From a virus (Duplodnaviria > Heunggongvirae > Uroviricota > Caudoviricetes): a stretch of 31,322 bases of DNA. Below the pieces are notes generated by a model. The model was not told the origin of the DNA and did not search any database. It was given only the letters and a program-made list of their open reading frames with translations. Made by a program: the position numbers and the translations under genes. The stretch lies in IMG/VR virus record IMGVR_UViG_647533158_000003. One strand, 5' to 3'. Shown piece by piece: positions 7,845 through 17,397 of this stretch (position 1 is the first letter of the stretch; each line of letters starts with the position of its first letter).

Positions 7845-8114
7845 TCACGCTACAGTTGTGGCTTTCAGTAAATCCAGTGCCATCTGTTTTTGAGACGGTG
7901 ACATGTTGTTAAGTAGGGCTTGAACAATCACATCACCCGTTTTCGCACTGGGGCTGAGAGTGTGGGAGAACGTCAGATTCATCACAAACGTATGGCCACA
8001 CTCAACATCTGAACAGGCGCAGTAAATATCCGCAATCTGCCGGTGCTTCCGGTTTGTTTTACGAATAACAGCCTTTGAGCCGCATTCCGGGCATTCGATT
8101 TTCAGAACTCGCAT
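7845..8114 (-). CDS. ogr: Ogr/Delta-family zinc-finger late-gene transcription activator
   Basis: CPECGSKAVIRKTNRKHRQIADIYCACSDVECGHTF matches the C-x2-C ... C-x4-C Ogr/Delta zinc-finger pattern (compare P2 Ogr CPLC...YHQCQNVNCSATF as recalled). I take the start at the internal Met MRVLKIECPECG; the track ORF extends to 8168. Confidence 0.75.
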   Translation of the reverse strand: MRVLKIECPECGSKAVIRKTNRKHRQIADIYCACSDVECGHTFVMNLTFSHTLSPSAKTGDVIVQALLNNMSPSQKQMALDLLKATTVA

Positions 8115-8164
8115 ATTCCATGCTCCAGCTGTTAAATGATGCCTGGATTTTAGCCTTTTTCGCC

Positions 8165-9226
8165 TCATGCCGCATCCTTATCCGTTGATTCTGTGTAACT
8201 TAAATCAAAGTTAAGGCGCAGTCTTTCCGGTATTTCGGGATCGTTGTTAACAGCGGTCATAAACCTGCGCTGAATGGGCGCTATCTCGCTTTTCTTGTAA
8301 ATCCTTTCCGCCTTTTCAACATCCCCCAGACCGGCAGTGTTCTGCGGGACAATTCCTGCCAGTCCTGCCGGAAAGCGGTGCGCGTTGAGAATGTCCTGCG
8401 CACTGATGTTTTTGATGTTGGCAAATTCATCTTTTGCGGAGATATCCCCCATTTCAATGAACTTGATCGCATCCCCATCCCCGCCAGGAATGTTCACCAG
8501 AATAGTGGAGAAGTTACCGATACCTTTGCTGTCACGCAGTTGCTGTTCAATCTCTTCTTCCATTTCATCCGTCATACTGGGATCACGCGTGTAGAGAATG
8601 CCGCCAGTATGAGCGCCGTTGTGGTAGTAGCGGCGGCGAAAAATTACGGCTTCGCTGTTAAGCAATGCCGAGTGTACGCCGCCGATATAGTCGGGCAGTC
8701 CGTAAATATGCTGTTGCGGGTCGTACATCTTGATAAAAATGATATCTTCCTGTGGCCATACCTGCGGTTCGCCGTCCTGCAATACCACATAATCGCCGGG
8801 CTGGTCTGTGGCGTTGTCCCTGACTTTACGGCGGCGAATATACAAGCCGGGTAAAGGTTCCAGGGCAATCACATCCCCCCATCCGTTGCGGATTTTGCCA
8901 ATCGCAATATCCCCGAAGGTTGTATAGTCAAACGCTGCGGCTTCCAGCTGGTCGTAAGTCAGGCCACCGCCCAGATAATCAGACACAATCATATTTTTCC
9001 GGGCGTGGATGATGCCGCCATGCTGACCATTCAGATTGATGAGCTGTGCCAGTGCCAGCCGGTCAATCGGCTGGGTAAAGTGATCGGCGGCATTGTCGTA
9101 CCAGATGTCGCGGTAATCCGTACCGGTGGTCAGCACGGGTTCCGGTTTGCCGAATGTAATGATGCTCATTTTTTTGGACTTATCGCCGCGCGGGTTGCGC
9201 TTAACGAAGCGGTTTTTTTTACTCAT
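8165..9226 (-). CDS. Q: Portal protein (P2 gpQ family)
   Basis: 353-aa ORF immediately downstream of, and overlapping, the terminase gene on the same strand. Size and sequence are consistent with P2 gpQ portal. Confidence 0.9.
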   Translation of the reverse strand: MSKKNRFVKRNPRGDKSKKMSIITFGKPEPVLTTGTDYRDIWYDNAADHFTQPIDRLALAQLINLNGQHGGIIHARKNMIVSDYLGGGLTYDQLEAAAFDYTTFGDIAIGKIRNGWGDVIALEPLPGLYIRRRKVRDNATDQPGDYVVLQDGEPQVWPQEDIIFIKMYDPQQHIYGLPDYIGGVHSALLNSEAVIFRRRYYHNGAHTGGILYTRDPSMTDEMEEEIEQQLRDSKGIGNFSTILVNIPGGDGDAIKFIEMGDISAKDEFANIKNISAQDILNAHRFPAGLAGIVPQNTAGLGDVEKAERIYKKSEIAPIQRRFMTAVNNDPEIPERLRLNFDLSYTESTDKDAA

Positions 9227-10998
9227 GCAGCCTCTTTCCTTACACCCCAGCGGGATTTCGGTTTGTTTTCGTAGTTGAGTGGTTCGTTATGCAGGGCGTG
9301 GGTAATTGCCCAGAACGCCTCCGCGTGGCCAGTGTCCTGGCTGCGGTCAGCGACAAATGTCATGGCGTTACCGCTTTGCGTGGTGGTGCGGCGTACAGCC
9401 ATAAAGCTGGCCGGGATCTCTTTCAGGTTCTTGTCCCATTCAATACGCTGACTTTCCACCACGTCCGCCGCTTTCAGTACCAGCTGATTTTTCGTGTTCA
9501 TGTCGTAACGAATGGCGACGGCCACGCGCATGGCAAAATGCTGGATGTTGTCAAAAACACCCTGGCCAATACCGGTAACGTCCACTCCCAAATAGGTGAA
9601 GTTGTATTTTTTAAACAGGAGTTCGATCTGCCTGGCCTGATAGCGGAAGTTCATGCCCTTCCAGTTAATAACCTTCAGAACGCGGAATTTCTCTGCGGCA
9701 TACATCGGCGGGGCAATAATCACAAAACACGACAAATCGCCGCTGCGTGCCGGGTCAAAGCCTCCCCATACTGGCCTGTCACCAAATGGCCGCGCAGCGT
9801 CCGGGTTGTGATCCTGCCAGGTGTCCACTTCCACGCCACAGGCTTCCAGATCTGAAAAACTGAATACGGAATCCTTGCTGTCCACGAACACGCACATATA
9901 GAGCATGTTGAAGGTGGCCGTGTTGTAGCGGTTGCGCAGCTTCTCGATGTTGGCCAGGTTGAAGCCACCTGCAATGGCATCTTCCATCGTGATGACATAG
10001 CGCCACTGCCCATCCGGGCAAAGCCGTCCGCCGTTGCGCATTTCATCAAAGGAGGGGAACTGGGCGGCCGCGCGTTTTTTGCTGCCCTGTTTCCATTCCT
10101 CACCCGTCCAGAACGGGTAAGCCTGGTGCGTTTTGGCCGATGGCGTTGAAAAGTAGGTGGTACGCCATTTGTCATGGGTGGCCATTGCGCTGGCCACTTC
10201 GTTAAGCCTGGCGAAGTTAGGCACCCAGAAATATTCGTCACAGTACAGGTGACCACTGTAAGACTGTGCCGTGTTTTTGTTGGTTGAGAGAAAACGCAGT
10301 TCAGCGCCGTTGCTGAGGCGGATCGGGTTGCCGGTCAGCGTGATGCCAAAATACTGTTCTGCAATGTTGACGATGTAAGACCGGAAGTATTCCGCCTGGA
10401 CTTTGGAGGCAGACAGGAAGATTTGCGGATCGCCTGTCATGACCGCGTTTTCAAAGGCTTCAAATGCAAAGTACCAGGTAGCACCGATCTGGCGGCTTTT
10501 AAGGATGTTCCTGACCTGCTGGCCGATGTTTCTGCGCAGGTGTTTCTGGTATTCAAAAAGATGTTCTTCCGCCCAGATGTCAAAATCCGCCTGGGTCAGA
10601 GAGGAAATATCGTTTTTCCTGTTTTTGCGTTTGGGGCGCGGTTCATCGCTGTTGCTATCCCGCGCAGCTGCCTGACCGTTACTCTGGCCGCTGGCCATTT
10701 TTTCTTTATGCTTATTGCTTTGAGCACGCAGCTTTGTGGCATGGGCAATCAGCATGTCCATTTCTTTCAGGTCGAGATCGGTTTTATTATCGCGGCTGGC
10801 CAGCAACTGGTAGCGGCGTTCAATTGCCTCCTCTGTACTTTCAAAGCTGAGTAAATCCGCCCAGCTGTATTTTTCAGCCCAGTAGTAAACGATCCGCGCA
10901 TTCGGCAGATTTAATTCTGATGCAATTTCTTTTGGCGTATAGCGGCGCAAATAAAGTGCGCGGACAACGCCTTTTAGTTCTTCTGAGTATTTAGCCAT
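9223..10998 (-). CDS. P: Terminase large (ATPase) subunit (P2 gpP family)
   Basis: 591-aa ORF divergent from the scaffold gene; the divergent P/O arrangement is a P2 hallmark. Confidence 0.92.
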   Translation of the reverse strand: MAKYSEELKGVVRALYLRRYTPKEIASELNLPNARIVYYWAEKYSWADLLSFESTEEAIERRYQLLASRDNKTDLDLKEMDMLIAHATKLRAQSNKHKEKMASGQSNGQAAARDSNSDEPRPKRKNRKNDISSLTQADFDIWAEEHLFEYQKHLRRNIGQQVRNILKSRQIGATWYFAFEAFENAVMTGDPQIFLSASKVQAEYFRSYIVNIAEQYFGITLTGNPIRLSNGAELRFLSTNKNTAQSYSGHLYCDEYFWVPNFARLNEVASAMATHDKWRTTYFSTPSAKTHQAYPFWTGEEWKQGSKKRAAAQFPSFDEMRNGGRLCPDGQWRYVITMEDAIAGGFNLANIEKLRNRYNTATFNMLYMCVFVDSKDSVFSFSDLEACGVEVDTWQDHNPDAARPFGDRPVWGGFDPARSGDLSCFVIIAPPMYAAEKFRVLKVINWKGMNFRYQARQIELLFKKYNFTYLGVDVTGIGQGVFDNIQHFAMRVAVAIRYDMNTKNQLVLKAADVVESQRIEWDKNLKEIPASFMAVRRTTTQSGNAMTFVADRSQDTGHAEAFWAITHALHNEPLNYENKPKSRWGVRKEAA

Positions 10999-11052
10999 GC
11001 GGATAATTATGCCGTGGCTGTTATGAAAAAACGGCGGTGTTAATTCGCGTCT

Positions 11053-11077
11053 GTTCGGTAATAGGTGATAACCGAAC
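11053..11077. promoter_or_regulatory. Inverted repeat GTTCGGT-N11-ACCGAAC in the divergent P/O late-promoter region
   Basis: 7-bp perfect inverted repeat in the 161-bp gap between divergent genes P and O, where P2 carries activator-dependent late promoters. Candidate late-activator binding site. Confidence 0.35.
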
Positions 11078-11159
11078 TGTTCAGAATAAAGCGTGATGCG
11101 GTGGTGGTTTTATTTGGCAATAATTGATTTGCAGCGTCGGTGAATAAATCAGGGGGGAT

Positions 11160-11963
11160 ATGTCGCATTTAAAAACTGACTGGCTGTGTGTTGCTACCGA
11201 AGGGGATACCGTTGACGGCAGGGATATTAAACGTCAGTGGATTATCGATATGGGGGAAACCTATGACTATAACCACTATGTCGCTCTAATCTGGCCAGAA
11301 CACGAGGATGATTGCGGTAATTTTGGGGAGGTACTGGAAGCCACCTGGCATGATGGTGAGGACGGACTAGCGCGGCTTTACGTCAGCCTTTGCCCGAATA
11401 TGCGTCTGATATTCGCCAACCATGAAGATCAGCTCCTGTTCTTCTCAATTGAACCGGAAGAAAACTGGCGCGGTAGTGGGCGTACATACCTCAAGGGGCT
11501 GGCAGTAACAGATACTCCCGCCAGTGTTGGCACCACACGGCTGCGCTTTAGTAGTCGGCGCAAAAAATTATCTAAGCAGGGATATTACAGTTGCGTGATT
11601 TCCCGTGACGGAAAAATTAAACAGGACATACGAATGAAGAACTGGCAAAAATTGTTTGGTATTAAACCGAAGTTTGAAGATGAAACACCGCCTGATGATA
11701 CTGCGCAGGGTGATGATAAGTTACAGGCGCTGGCCAATGCAGTAAACGAACTGGAAGGCCGTGTGGCCAAAATTGAAAATCAGCTCAATGATGTTCAGGG
11801 TGATGTGGATACCATTGCGGAAGTGGTCGATACCGAAGAATTTGCGGCTATTCGTGATAATGCAAAAGATATCGTTAAACGTTTTAACGATCTGGGTAAT
11901 AAATCCACCCGTACACCGGGGCGTAAGATTTCAGAAAAAGCGGGTAAATTTAATTTCCTGTAA
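11160..11963 (+). CDS. O: Capsid scaffolding protein (P2 gpO family)
   Basis: 267 aa. N-terminus ...VATEGDTVDGRDIKRQWIIDMGETYD parallels P2 gpO ...GVEGDTCDGRVISAQDIQEMAETFD as recalled. Confidence 0.88.
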   Translation: MSHLKTDWLCVATEGDTVDGRDIKRQWIIDMGETYDYNHYVALIWPEHEDDCGNFGEVLEATWHDGEDGLARLYVSLCPNMRLIFANHEDQLLFFSIEPEENWRGSGRTYLKGLAVTDTPASVGTTRLRFSSRRKKLSKQGYYSCVISRDGKIKQDIRMKNWQKLFGIKPKFEDETPPDDTAQGDDKLQALANAVNELEGRVAKIENQLNDVQGDVDTIAEVVDTEEFAAIRDNAKDIVKRFNDLGNKSTRTPGRKISEKAGKFNFL

Positions 11964-12024
11964 TACATTCTGACGTTAATTAGTACAAAACATTTTTATT
12001 ATCGCTTAATCGCGAGGGAGTTTT

Positions 12025-13047
12025 ATGCACCTTAATAATCGTGCACGGGATTTACTGGATAAATATTCAAGTGGTATGGCGCAGCAGTTTGGTGCACGTG
12101 ATACCAGTCGTTATTTCTCCCTGAATGACCCGCAGGAAAATGCGCTGCGTCTGGCGCTGCTGGAGTCTGTGGAGTTCCTGAACATGATCACCTGTCTGGA
12201 TGTGGACCAGTTGAGTGGCCAGGTAATTTCTGTCGGTTCCTCCGTGCTGCATACCGGCCGCAGTGAAAATGGCCGCTTTGTTCGTCAGGTTGGCGTGGAC
12301 GGCAATGACTACTCACTGGTTGAAACAGACAGCTGCGCCGCACTGCGCTGGGATCTGCTTTCGGTCTGGGCCAATGCCGGTAAGGACGAAAACGAGTTTT
12401 ACAACCTGGTCCAGGCGTTTACCACACAGGCGTTTGCGCTGGATATGCTGCGTATTGGTTTTAACGGTAAGAGCCGTGCAAAAACAACGAATCCAACGGA
12501 TAACCCGAACGGTGAAGATGTAAACATCGGCTGGCATGAGCGTATGAAAACGCTGCTGGGTGGTAATCAGATTATGACCGATCCGGTGGTACTGGATGCG
12601 GCTGGGGATTACACGTCACTGGATGCAATGGCATCCGATCTGATTAACGCCAAAATTCCGGCACAGTTCCGCAATGACCCGCGTCTGGTCGTGATGGTGG
12701 GTGCCGATCTGGTGGCGGCTGAACAGTACCGACTGTACCAGGCCGCAGACCGCCCGACTGAGAAAATCGCAGCGCAGATGCTGGGCAGTACCATTGCTGG
12801 CCGTCCGGCAGTTATCCCGCCATTTATGCCGGGTAAACGCATGGTGGTGACGCCGCTTTCTAACCTGCATATCTACACCCAGCGCAACACCCGTATGCGT
12901 AAAGCTGAATTTGTTGAAGACCGTAAGCAGTTCGAAAACAAATACCTGCGCAACGAAGGTTATGCGGTGGAGGTACCGGAGTTGTACGCGGCCATTGATG
13001 AATCCGCAGTAACGATCGGCAAGGTTGCCGAACCCGCAGAGGGCTGA
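12025..13047 (+). CDS. N: Major capsid protein (P2 gpN family)
   Basis: 340-aa ORF following the scaffold gene, with RBS GAGGGAG. Size and position match P2 gpN. Confidence 0.92.
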   Translation: MHLNNRARDLLDKYSSGMAQQFGARDTSRYFSLNDPQENALRLALLESVEFLNMITCLDVDQLSGQVISVGSSVLHTGRSENGRFVRQVGVDGNDYSLVETDSCAALRWDLLSVWANAGKDENEFYNLVQAFTTQAFALDMLRIGFNGKSRAKTTNPTDNPNGEDVNIGWHERMKTLLGGNQIMTDPVVLDAAGDYTSLDAMASDLINAKIPAQFRNDPRLVVMVGADLVAAEQYRLYQAADRPTEKIAAQMLGSTIAGRPAVIPPFMPGKRMVVTPLSNLHIYTQRNTRMRKAEFVEDRKQFENKYLRNEGYAVEVPELYAAIDESAVTIGKVAEPAEG

Positions 13048-13050
13048 TAA

Positions 13051-13752
13051 ATGGCACTTTCTCCCGCGCAGCGCCACAGCCAGCGCATTGCGATGGAACA
13101 AAAGCTGAAGCACAGCCAGGCGCTGGGCACCACGGAAAGCATGCACCTGCTGGTCAGGGCGCTGGAAAAAGACGTGGAACACGCCCGCACTCTGCTGACC
13201 ATCGCGGATCGTATTGAGTTTAAACGGGATGTGTTACTGCCGCGCTGGGTGCCGACTGTGGAAGCGTATCTGGAAAGTAATCAGGTGTATGCAAACCCTG
13301 TTTTTGCCTGGTGCGTTATCTGGCTGTTTGACGTGGGCGATCTGGATAAGGCGCTGGACTGGGCTGACATTGCAATCAGCCAGCAGCAGGCAACGCCGGA
13401 TCGGTTGCGCAGCAATTTCCCCACGTTTGTGGCCGATACGATGCTGGCGTGGGCGCAGGAAACGGCGGGGCGTGGGGAAAGCATTGAGCCGTACTTCTCC
13501 CGCACGTTTGAGCGGGTGGCGGATACCTGGCGGCTGCACGAACAGGTCACGGCCAAATGGTTCAAGTTTGCCGGGCTGGAACTGTTGCGCAGCGAGGATG
13601 GCCAGAAAACAGCGGCGGGCGTGGATGATATTGAAACGCTGGAGAAAGCCGATCAACTGCTGGCCATTGCAGAAAAACACTATTTAAAAATCGGCGTCAG
13701 AACCGCACGGCAGACCATTGCCGCCCGAATCCGAAAACTGACGCAGGAGTAA
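13051..13752 (+). CDS. M: Terminase small / endonuclease subunit (P2 gpM family)
   Basis: 233 aa. N-terminus MALSPAQRHSQRIA parallels the start of P2 gpM as recalled. Immediately follows the capsid gene. Confidence 0.88.
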   Translation: MALSPAQRHSQRIAMEQKLKHSQALGTTESMHLLVRALEKDVEHARTLLTIADRIEFKRDVLLPRWVPTVEAYLESNQVYANPVFAWCVIWLFDVGDLDKALDWADIAISQQQATPDRLRSNFPTFVADTMLAWAQETAGRGESIEPYFSRTFERVADTWRLHEQVTAKWFKFAGLELLRSEDGQKTAAGVDDIETLEKADQLLAIAEKHYLKIGVRTARQTIAARIRKLTQE

Positions 13753-13848
13753 AGACTACCGACAGCCAGGCGGACGCGGTGGAGGGCAGAACACCTTGTG
13801 TGTCACTGCGCCGTGGAAACCGGTCAGTCCGCCTTTTTCGGAGGAATC

Positions 13849-14301
13849 ATGTTTAGCGGAAAACCGCTGGATTATCAGGATGAGCCGCTGACGAATAACG
13901 GGTTCTGGCCAGATCTGAACCTGAAGGACTTTCAGGCGCAGCGGTCACTGCCGCCAGATATTGACGCGGACACCATTAGTCAGGCGCTGCTGGCCGCTGT
14001 CGCGGAGGTGAATGCCGAACTGGAAAACGTGGAGGCCATCTGGAAAGCAAAAGGCCACACGCTGGCAGCAGATGTTCCGGGCGTAAAGATGGGCGGACTT
14101 AACAGCCTGTGCGCCCAGTACATGAAAGCAGTATTTGCCAAGGCAAAAGCGGATTTACTGGGCGAGTTCGCCACTATCGGGCGACGTGAAGCTCATCCGG
14201 GGCAGGAGAGCCAGGAAACCCGCGCCGGGTTACTGGCTGAGGCTTCAGTGGTGATCCGCCGCATGAAGGGGCTTAAACGGGCAACGGTGAAAAAAGTATG
14301 A
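13849..14301 (+). CDS. L: Head completion / stabilization protein (P2 gpL family)
   Basis: Motif PLTNNGFWPD parallels P2 gpL PLLNSGFWPD. I take the start at the ATG at 13849 (GGAGG RBS) rather than the track start at 13798. Confidence 0.8.
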   Translation: MFSGKPLDYQDEPLTNNGFWPDLNLKDFQAQRSLPPDIDADTISQALLAAVAEVNAELENVEAIWKAKGHTLAADVPGVKMGGLNSLCAQYMKAVFAKAKADLLGEFATIGRREAHPGQESQETRAGLLAEASVVIRRMKGLKRATVKKV

Positions 14302-14804
14302 GCCAGACGCAGCTTGAGAGCCTGACCGCATTTTTTCGGCAGAACGTGCCGCCACGTGCCATGCAGTCATTTGACAGTGTTATGGATGAGATGGAGTGCA
14401 TCCCCGCAGCGAAGGACTACGGGCTGGATCAGTATCGCCAGGCGGTTATCCGGTACGACGCTGTTCTGAGCTGGGAGCGTTTCCCGTATCGCCTCTGCCC
14501 GCCGCAACTGCTGATGTCTTTAATGCTGGCGTGGCTGGATGAGGCGGACAGGGAGCTGCTGGAGGACATCGGGATCACTGAGGCCGATCCGCAATGGGAT
14601 GTGACGGTGGAAAGTGAAGAAACGGCCACCGTTGTTCTGACTGTGCCGATGGCGGAAGAACTGGTGGTGAAGAAGGACATTAACGGGGCTATACCGTGGC
14701 GCGGTGAACGCTGGTCGCTGGTTGATCCTGAAATCTGGACGGCATTGACCGCCACGGTATATGGCGTGGATGAAACCGGGGCGCCGGTAGGCGGGAACGA
14801 ATGA
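14298..14804 (+). CDS. Putative tail completion protein (P2 gpR-like)
   Basis: 168-aa ORF, translationally coupled (ATGA overlap) to the flanking genes and positioned after L as R is in P2. Weak similarity by eye. Confidence 0.5.
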   Translation: MSQTQLESLTAFFRQNVPPRAMQSFDSVMDEMECIPAAKDYGLDQYRQAVIRYDAVLSWERFPYRLCPPQLLMSLMLAWLDEADRELLEDIGITEADPQWDVTVESEETATVVLTVPMAEELVVKKDINGAIPWRGERWSLVDPEIWTALTATVYGVDETGAPVGGNE

Positions 14805-15508
14805 TTGCCGGTGGCGAGCTGAATAAAAAGCAGCTGGCAGAACTGCGCAAGGCACTGGCGGGCATGGAATTGCCACCCAGAAAGCGGCAACGGCTTATCT
14901 GGCGTCTGGCCAAATATGGCGTGATTGCCGCAGTAAAACGGCATGTTCGTAATCAGGAATCACCGGACGGCCAGAAATGGCCGGGACGTAAAACGAAGCG
15001 CAAAGGGAAGATGCTGCGCAACCTGCCCAAATTGCTGCACATCCGCGAAATGCCGGAAATTCAGGCGGTGCGGATCTACTTACAGGGCGGCGGCTACCGG
15101 AACGGAGAAAAGCCGGTACCTGCCGGAACGGTCGGATATGCGCAACAAAACGGGATGCGTGTAAACGTCAGTCGCGGTAGTCAGCCACGGAAGTCTGAAG
15201 CAGGGAAGATGGCCACGCCAGCCCAGGCTAAAAAGCTACGGGCGCTGGGGTACCGGGTGCGCAGTGGCAAGCGCTGGAAAAAGCCCACGCTGGGCGAATT
15301 AACCCAGACGATGCCATACGCCCAGGCAGGGTTACTGATTCGAAAACTCAGCGGTAAAGCAGTGAAAACCAGCTGGACAGTGGATCTTCCTGCCCGTGTG
15401 TTCTTGGGCATGAGTGACGATGAATTTGATAAAGCGCTGGCGCGTCAGCTTCAGGCCATTGGCTTTGGCTGGGATGTTAAGGCGCAGGATATTAAGGGGA
15501 AAACATGA
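14801..15508 (+). CDS. Putative virion morphogenesis / tail completion protein (gpS-like)
   Basis: 235-aa basic ORF coupled to the neighbouring genes. Position and composition are consistent with a gpS-type protein. Family assignment is tentative. Confidence 0.45.
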   Translation: MIAGGELNKKQLAELRKALAGMELPPRKRQRLIWRLAKYGVIAAVKRHVRNQESPDGQKWPGRKTKRKGKMLRNLPKLLHIREMPEIQAVRIYLQGGGYRNGEKPVPAGTVGYAQQNGMRVNVSRGSQPRKSEAGKMATPAQAKKLRALGYRVRSGKRWKKPTLGELTQTMPYAQAGLLIRKLSGKAVKTSWTVDLPARVFLGMSDDEFDKALARQLQAIGFGWDVKAQDIKGKT

Positions 15509-16632
15509 CCTGGCCAAATGTGACCGTGAACCAGGTAAACCAGCTGCTGGGTGAAACCAGTGAAGTGGAACGCACGCTGCTGTTTATCGGTACGGGTACC
15601 AAAAATGTGGGGAAGACGCTGGCGGTAAATGCCCAGAGTGATTTTGACGCGCTACTGGGGGAAGGTGACAGCCAGCTGAAAAGTGATGTTCTGGCGGCGC
15701 AGGCAAATGCTGGCCAGAACTGGTGGGGATTCATTCATGTGCTGGCCGCTGATGCTGAAGATGATGCCTGGGTAAAAGCGGTTCTGGCCGCGCAGGTGGT
15801 GTGTTCGGTGGAAGGCGTGGTGCTGTCCAGTGATGTGACGGCAAAAGCCCAGGTCAATCAGGCGGTGACGCTGCGATCTCAGTTGATTGCTAAATACGGC
15901 CGCTGGGTGTGGTTCATTCTGGCTGTTCAGGGGATGCAGGAGGAGGAAGCCCAGGCGGATTATCTGGTGCGCCTGTCCACACTTCAGGAAGGGATTGCGG
16001 AAAAAGCGGTGCAGCTGGTTCCGCGTCTGTGGGGAAATGAACCGGGTGTTCTGGCGGGGCGTCTGTGTACCCGATCCGTGACCATTGCAGACAGTCCGGC
16101 GCGGGTGAAAACCGGTGCTCTGATAAGTCTGGGCAGTGATGAAATGCCGGTTGATGGTACCGGGGAAGTGCTGGCGCTTGCCACGCTTCAGACACTGGAG
16201 GCACAGCGTTTCAGCGTGCCGATGTGGTACCCGGACTATGACGGCTTTTACTGGGCTGACGGGCGCACGCTGGATGTTGAAGGCGGTGATTACCAGTCGA
16301 TTGAAACATTGCGTGTCGCGGATAAAGCCGCACGTCGTGTGCGTCTGCTGGCCATCAGCAAAATCGCGGATCGCTCACTGAACAGCACACCGGGCAGTAT
16401 TGCGGCACACCAGACCCTGTTTGCCCGTCCGCTGCGTGAAATGTCCACGGCGGCCAGCATTAACGGGGTGTCATTTCCGGGGGAAGTGAAACCGCCGCAG
16501 GATGGTGATGTGACCATTGTCTGGAAAAACAAAAAGACGGTGGATATTTACCTTGTGGTACGCACCTGGGAAGTGCCGCTGCAAATCACCATCAGTCTGT
16601 TACTGGATGCCAGCCTGGAGGCCGCAGCATGA
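15505..16632 (+). CDS. Putative tail sheath protein
   Basis: 375-aa ORF immediately followed by a 151-aa ORF, then chaperone and tape measure: the canonical sheath-tube-chaperone-tape-measure order of contractile tails. Sequence is not P2 FI-like by eye. Confidence 0.6.
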   Translation: MTWPNVTVNQVNQLLGETSEVERTLLFIGTGTKNVGKTLAVNAQSDFDALLGEGDSQLKSDVLAAQANAGQNWWGFIHVLAADAEDDAWVKAVLAAQVVCSVEGVVLSSDVTAKAQVNQAVTLRSQLIAKYGRWVWFILAVQGMQEEEAQADYLVRLSTLQEGIAEKAVQLVPRLWGNEPGVLAGRLCTRSVTIADSPARVKTGALISLGSDEMPVDGTGEVLALATLQTLEAQRFSVPMWYPDYDGFYWADGRTLDVEGGDYQSIETLRVADKAARRVRLLAISKIADRSLNSTPGSIAAHQTLFARPLREMSTAASINGVSFPGEVKPPQDGDVTIVWKNKKTVDIYLVVRTWEVPLQITISLLLDASLEAAA

Positions 16633-17084
16633 GTAAACGTATTTCGGGGATGTCGTTTGATACCTACGTTGACGGCGATCTGATCCACATTGAGAAAATT
16701 ACGCTCGATATCACGGACAACAGCGCCGCCGCCCAGACGCGCGGTGTACCGGATGGCCACGTTGATGGTGATGTGGCCGCAGAGGGGGAAATTGAGGTCA
16801 GTTCAAAGGTACTCAGTGTACTGACCGCAAAAGCCCGCGCGGCAGGTTCGTGGCGCGGTATTCCACCTGTGGACTTCCTTTTCTATGCCAAAGCCGGGAA
16901 TGAGGAAGTGAAGGTGGAGACGTTCGGCAACAAATTGCAGGTCAGCAATTTGCTGGATATCGATCCAAAGGGCGGCGGTGTGGCCACGCATAAAATTAAA
17001 TATTTCGTGACCAGTCCCAAGTTCGTGAACATCAACGGTGTGCCGTATCTGGAAGCGGAAGCCACAGAAAACCTGATCGGATAA
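16629..17084 (+). CDS. Putative tail tube protein
   Basis: 151-aa ORF coupled to the sheath gene. Assignment is from position and size. Confidence 0.6.
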   Translation: MSKRISGMSFDTYVDGDLIHIEKITLDITDNSAAAQTRGVPDGHVDGDVAAEGEIEVSSKVLSVLTAKARAAGSWRGIPPVDFLFYAKAGNEEVKVETFGNKLQVSNLLDIDPKGGGVATHKIKYFVTSPKFVNINGVPYLEAEATENLIG

Positions 17085-17094
17085 GGAAGCCGGA

Positions 17095-17397
17095 ATGCAG
17101 GAACATGAAAAGAGCCTCTATTCACTACTGATCATCGGTGCGCTGATTGCCATTGGTAATGTGCTTACCAGTAACGACCCCATCACACCGCGACTGTTCG
17201 CCGGTCGTGTGATTCTGGGGAGTTTCGTTTCAGTGGTGGCCGGGGCGGTACTGATTCAGATCCCGGACGCCAGCCCGCTGGCGATTCAGGGACTGGGGGC
17301 GGCGCTGGGCATTGCCGGTTATCAGGCCGTGGAAATGTGGCTGCGCAGACGTGCAGCAGGTAAGAAAAATGGGAGCGTGACAAATGACCCTGAGTGA
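17095..17397 (+). CDS. Holin (predicted, about 3 TM segments, charged C-terminus)
   Basis: 100 aa with hydrophobic stretches LLIIGALIAIGNVL, VILGSFVSVVAGAVLI and LAIQGLGAALGIAGY, and a basic tail RRRAAGKK. Immediately upstream of, and overlapping, the endolysin gene. Confidence 0.7.
   Translation: MQEHEKSLYSLLIIGALIAIGNVLTSNDPITPRLFAGRVILGSFVSVVAGAVLIQIPDASPLAIQGLGAALGIAGYQAVEMWLRRRAAGKKNGSVTNDPE

Noticed and set aside
9289-10854. Plus-strand and alternative-frame ORFs overlapping the terminase gene (9289..9855, 9720..10256, 10403..10854)
   Set aside because: They lie opposite or out of frame to the strongly supported 591-aa terminase ORF. Their Arg/Pro/Cys-rich composition is typical of GC-rich shadow frames.
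12067-13687. Multiple overlapping ORFs on both strands within the capsid and small terminase genes
   Set aside because: Their composition is that of antisense or out-of-frame reads of GC-rich coding sequence. The P2-like N and M ORFs explain the region.
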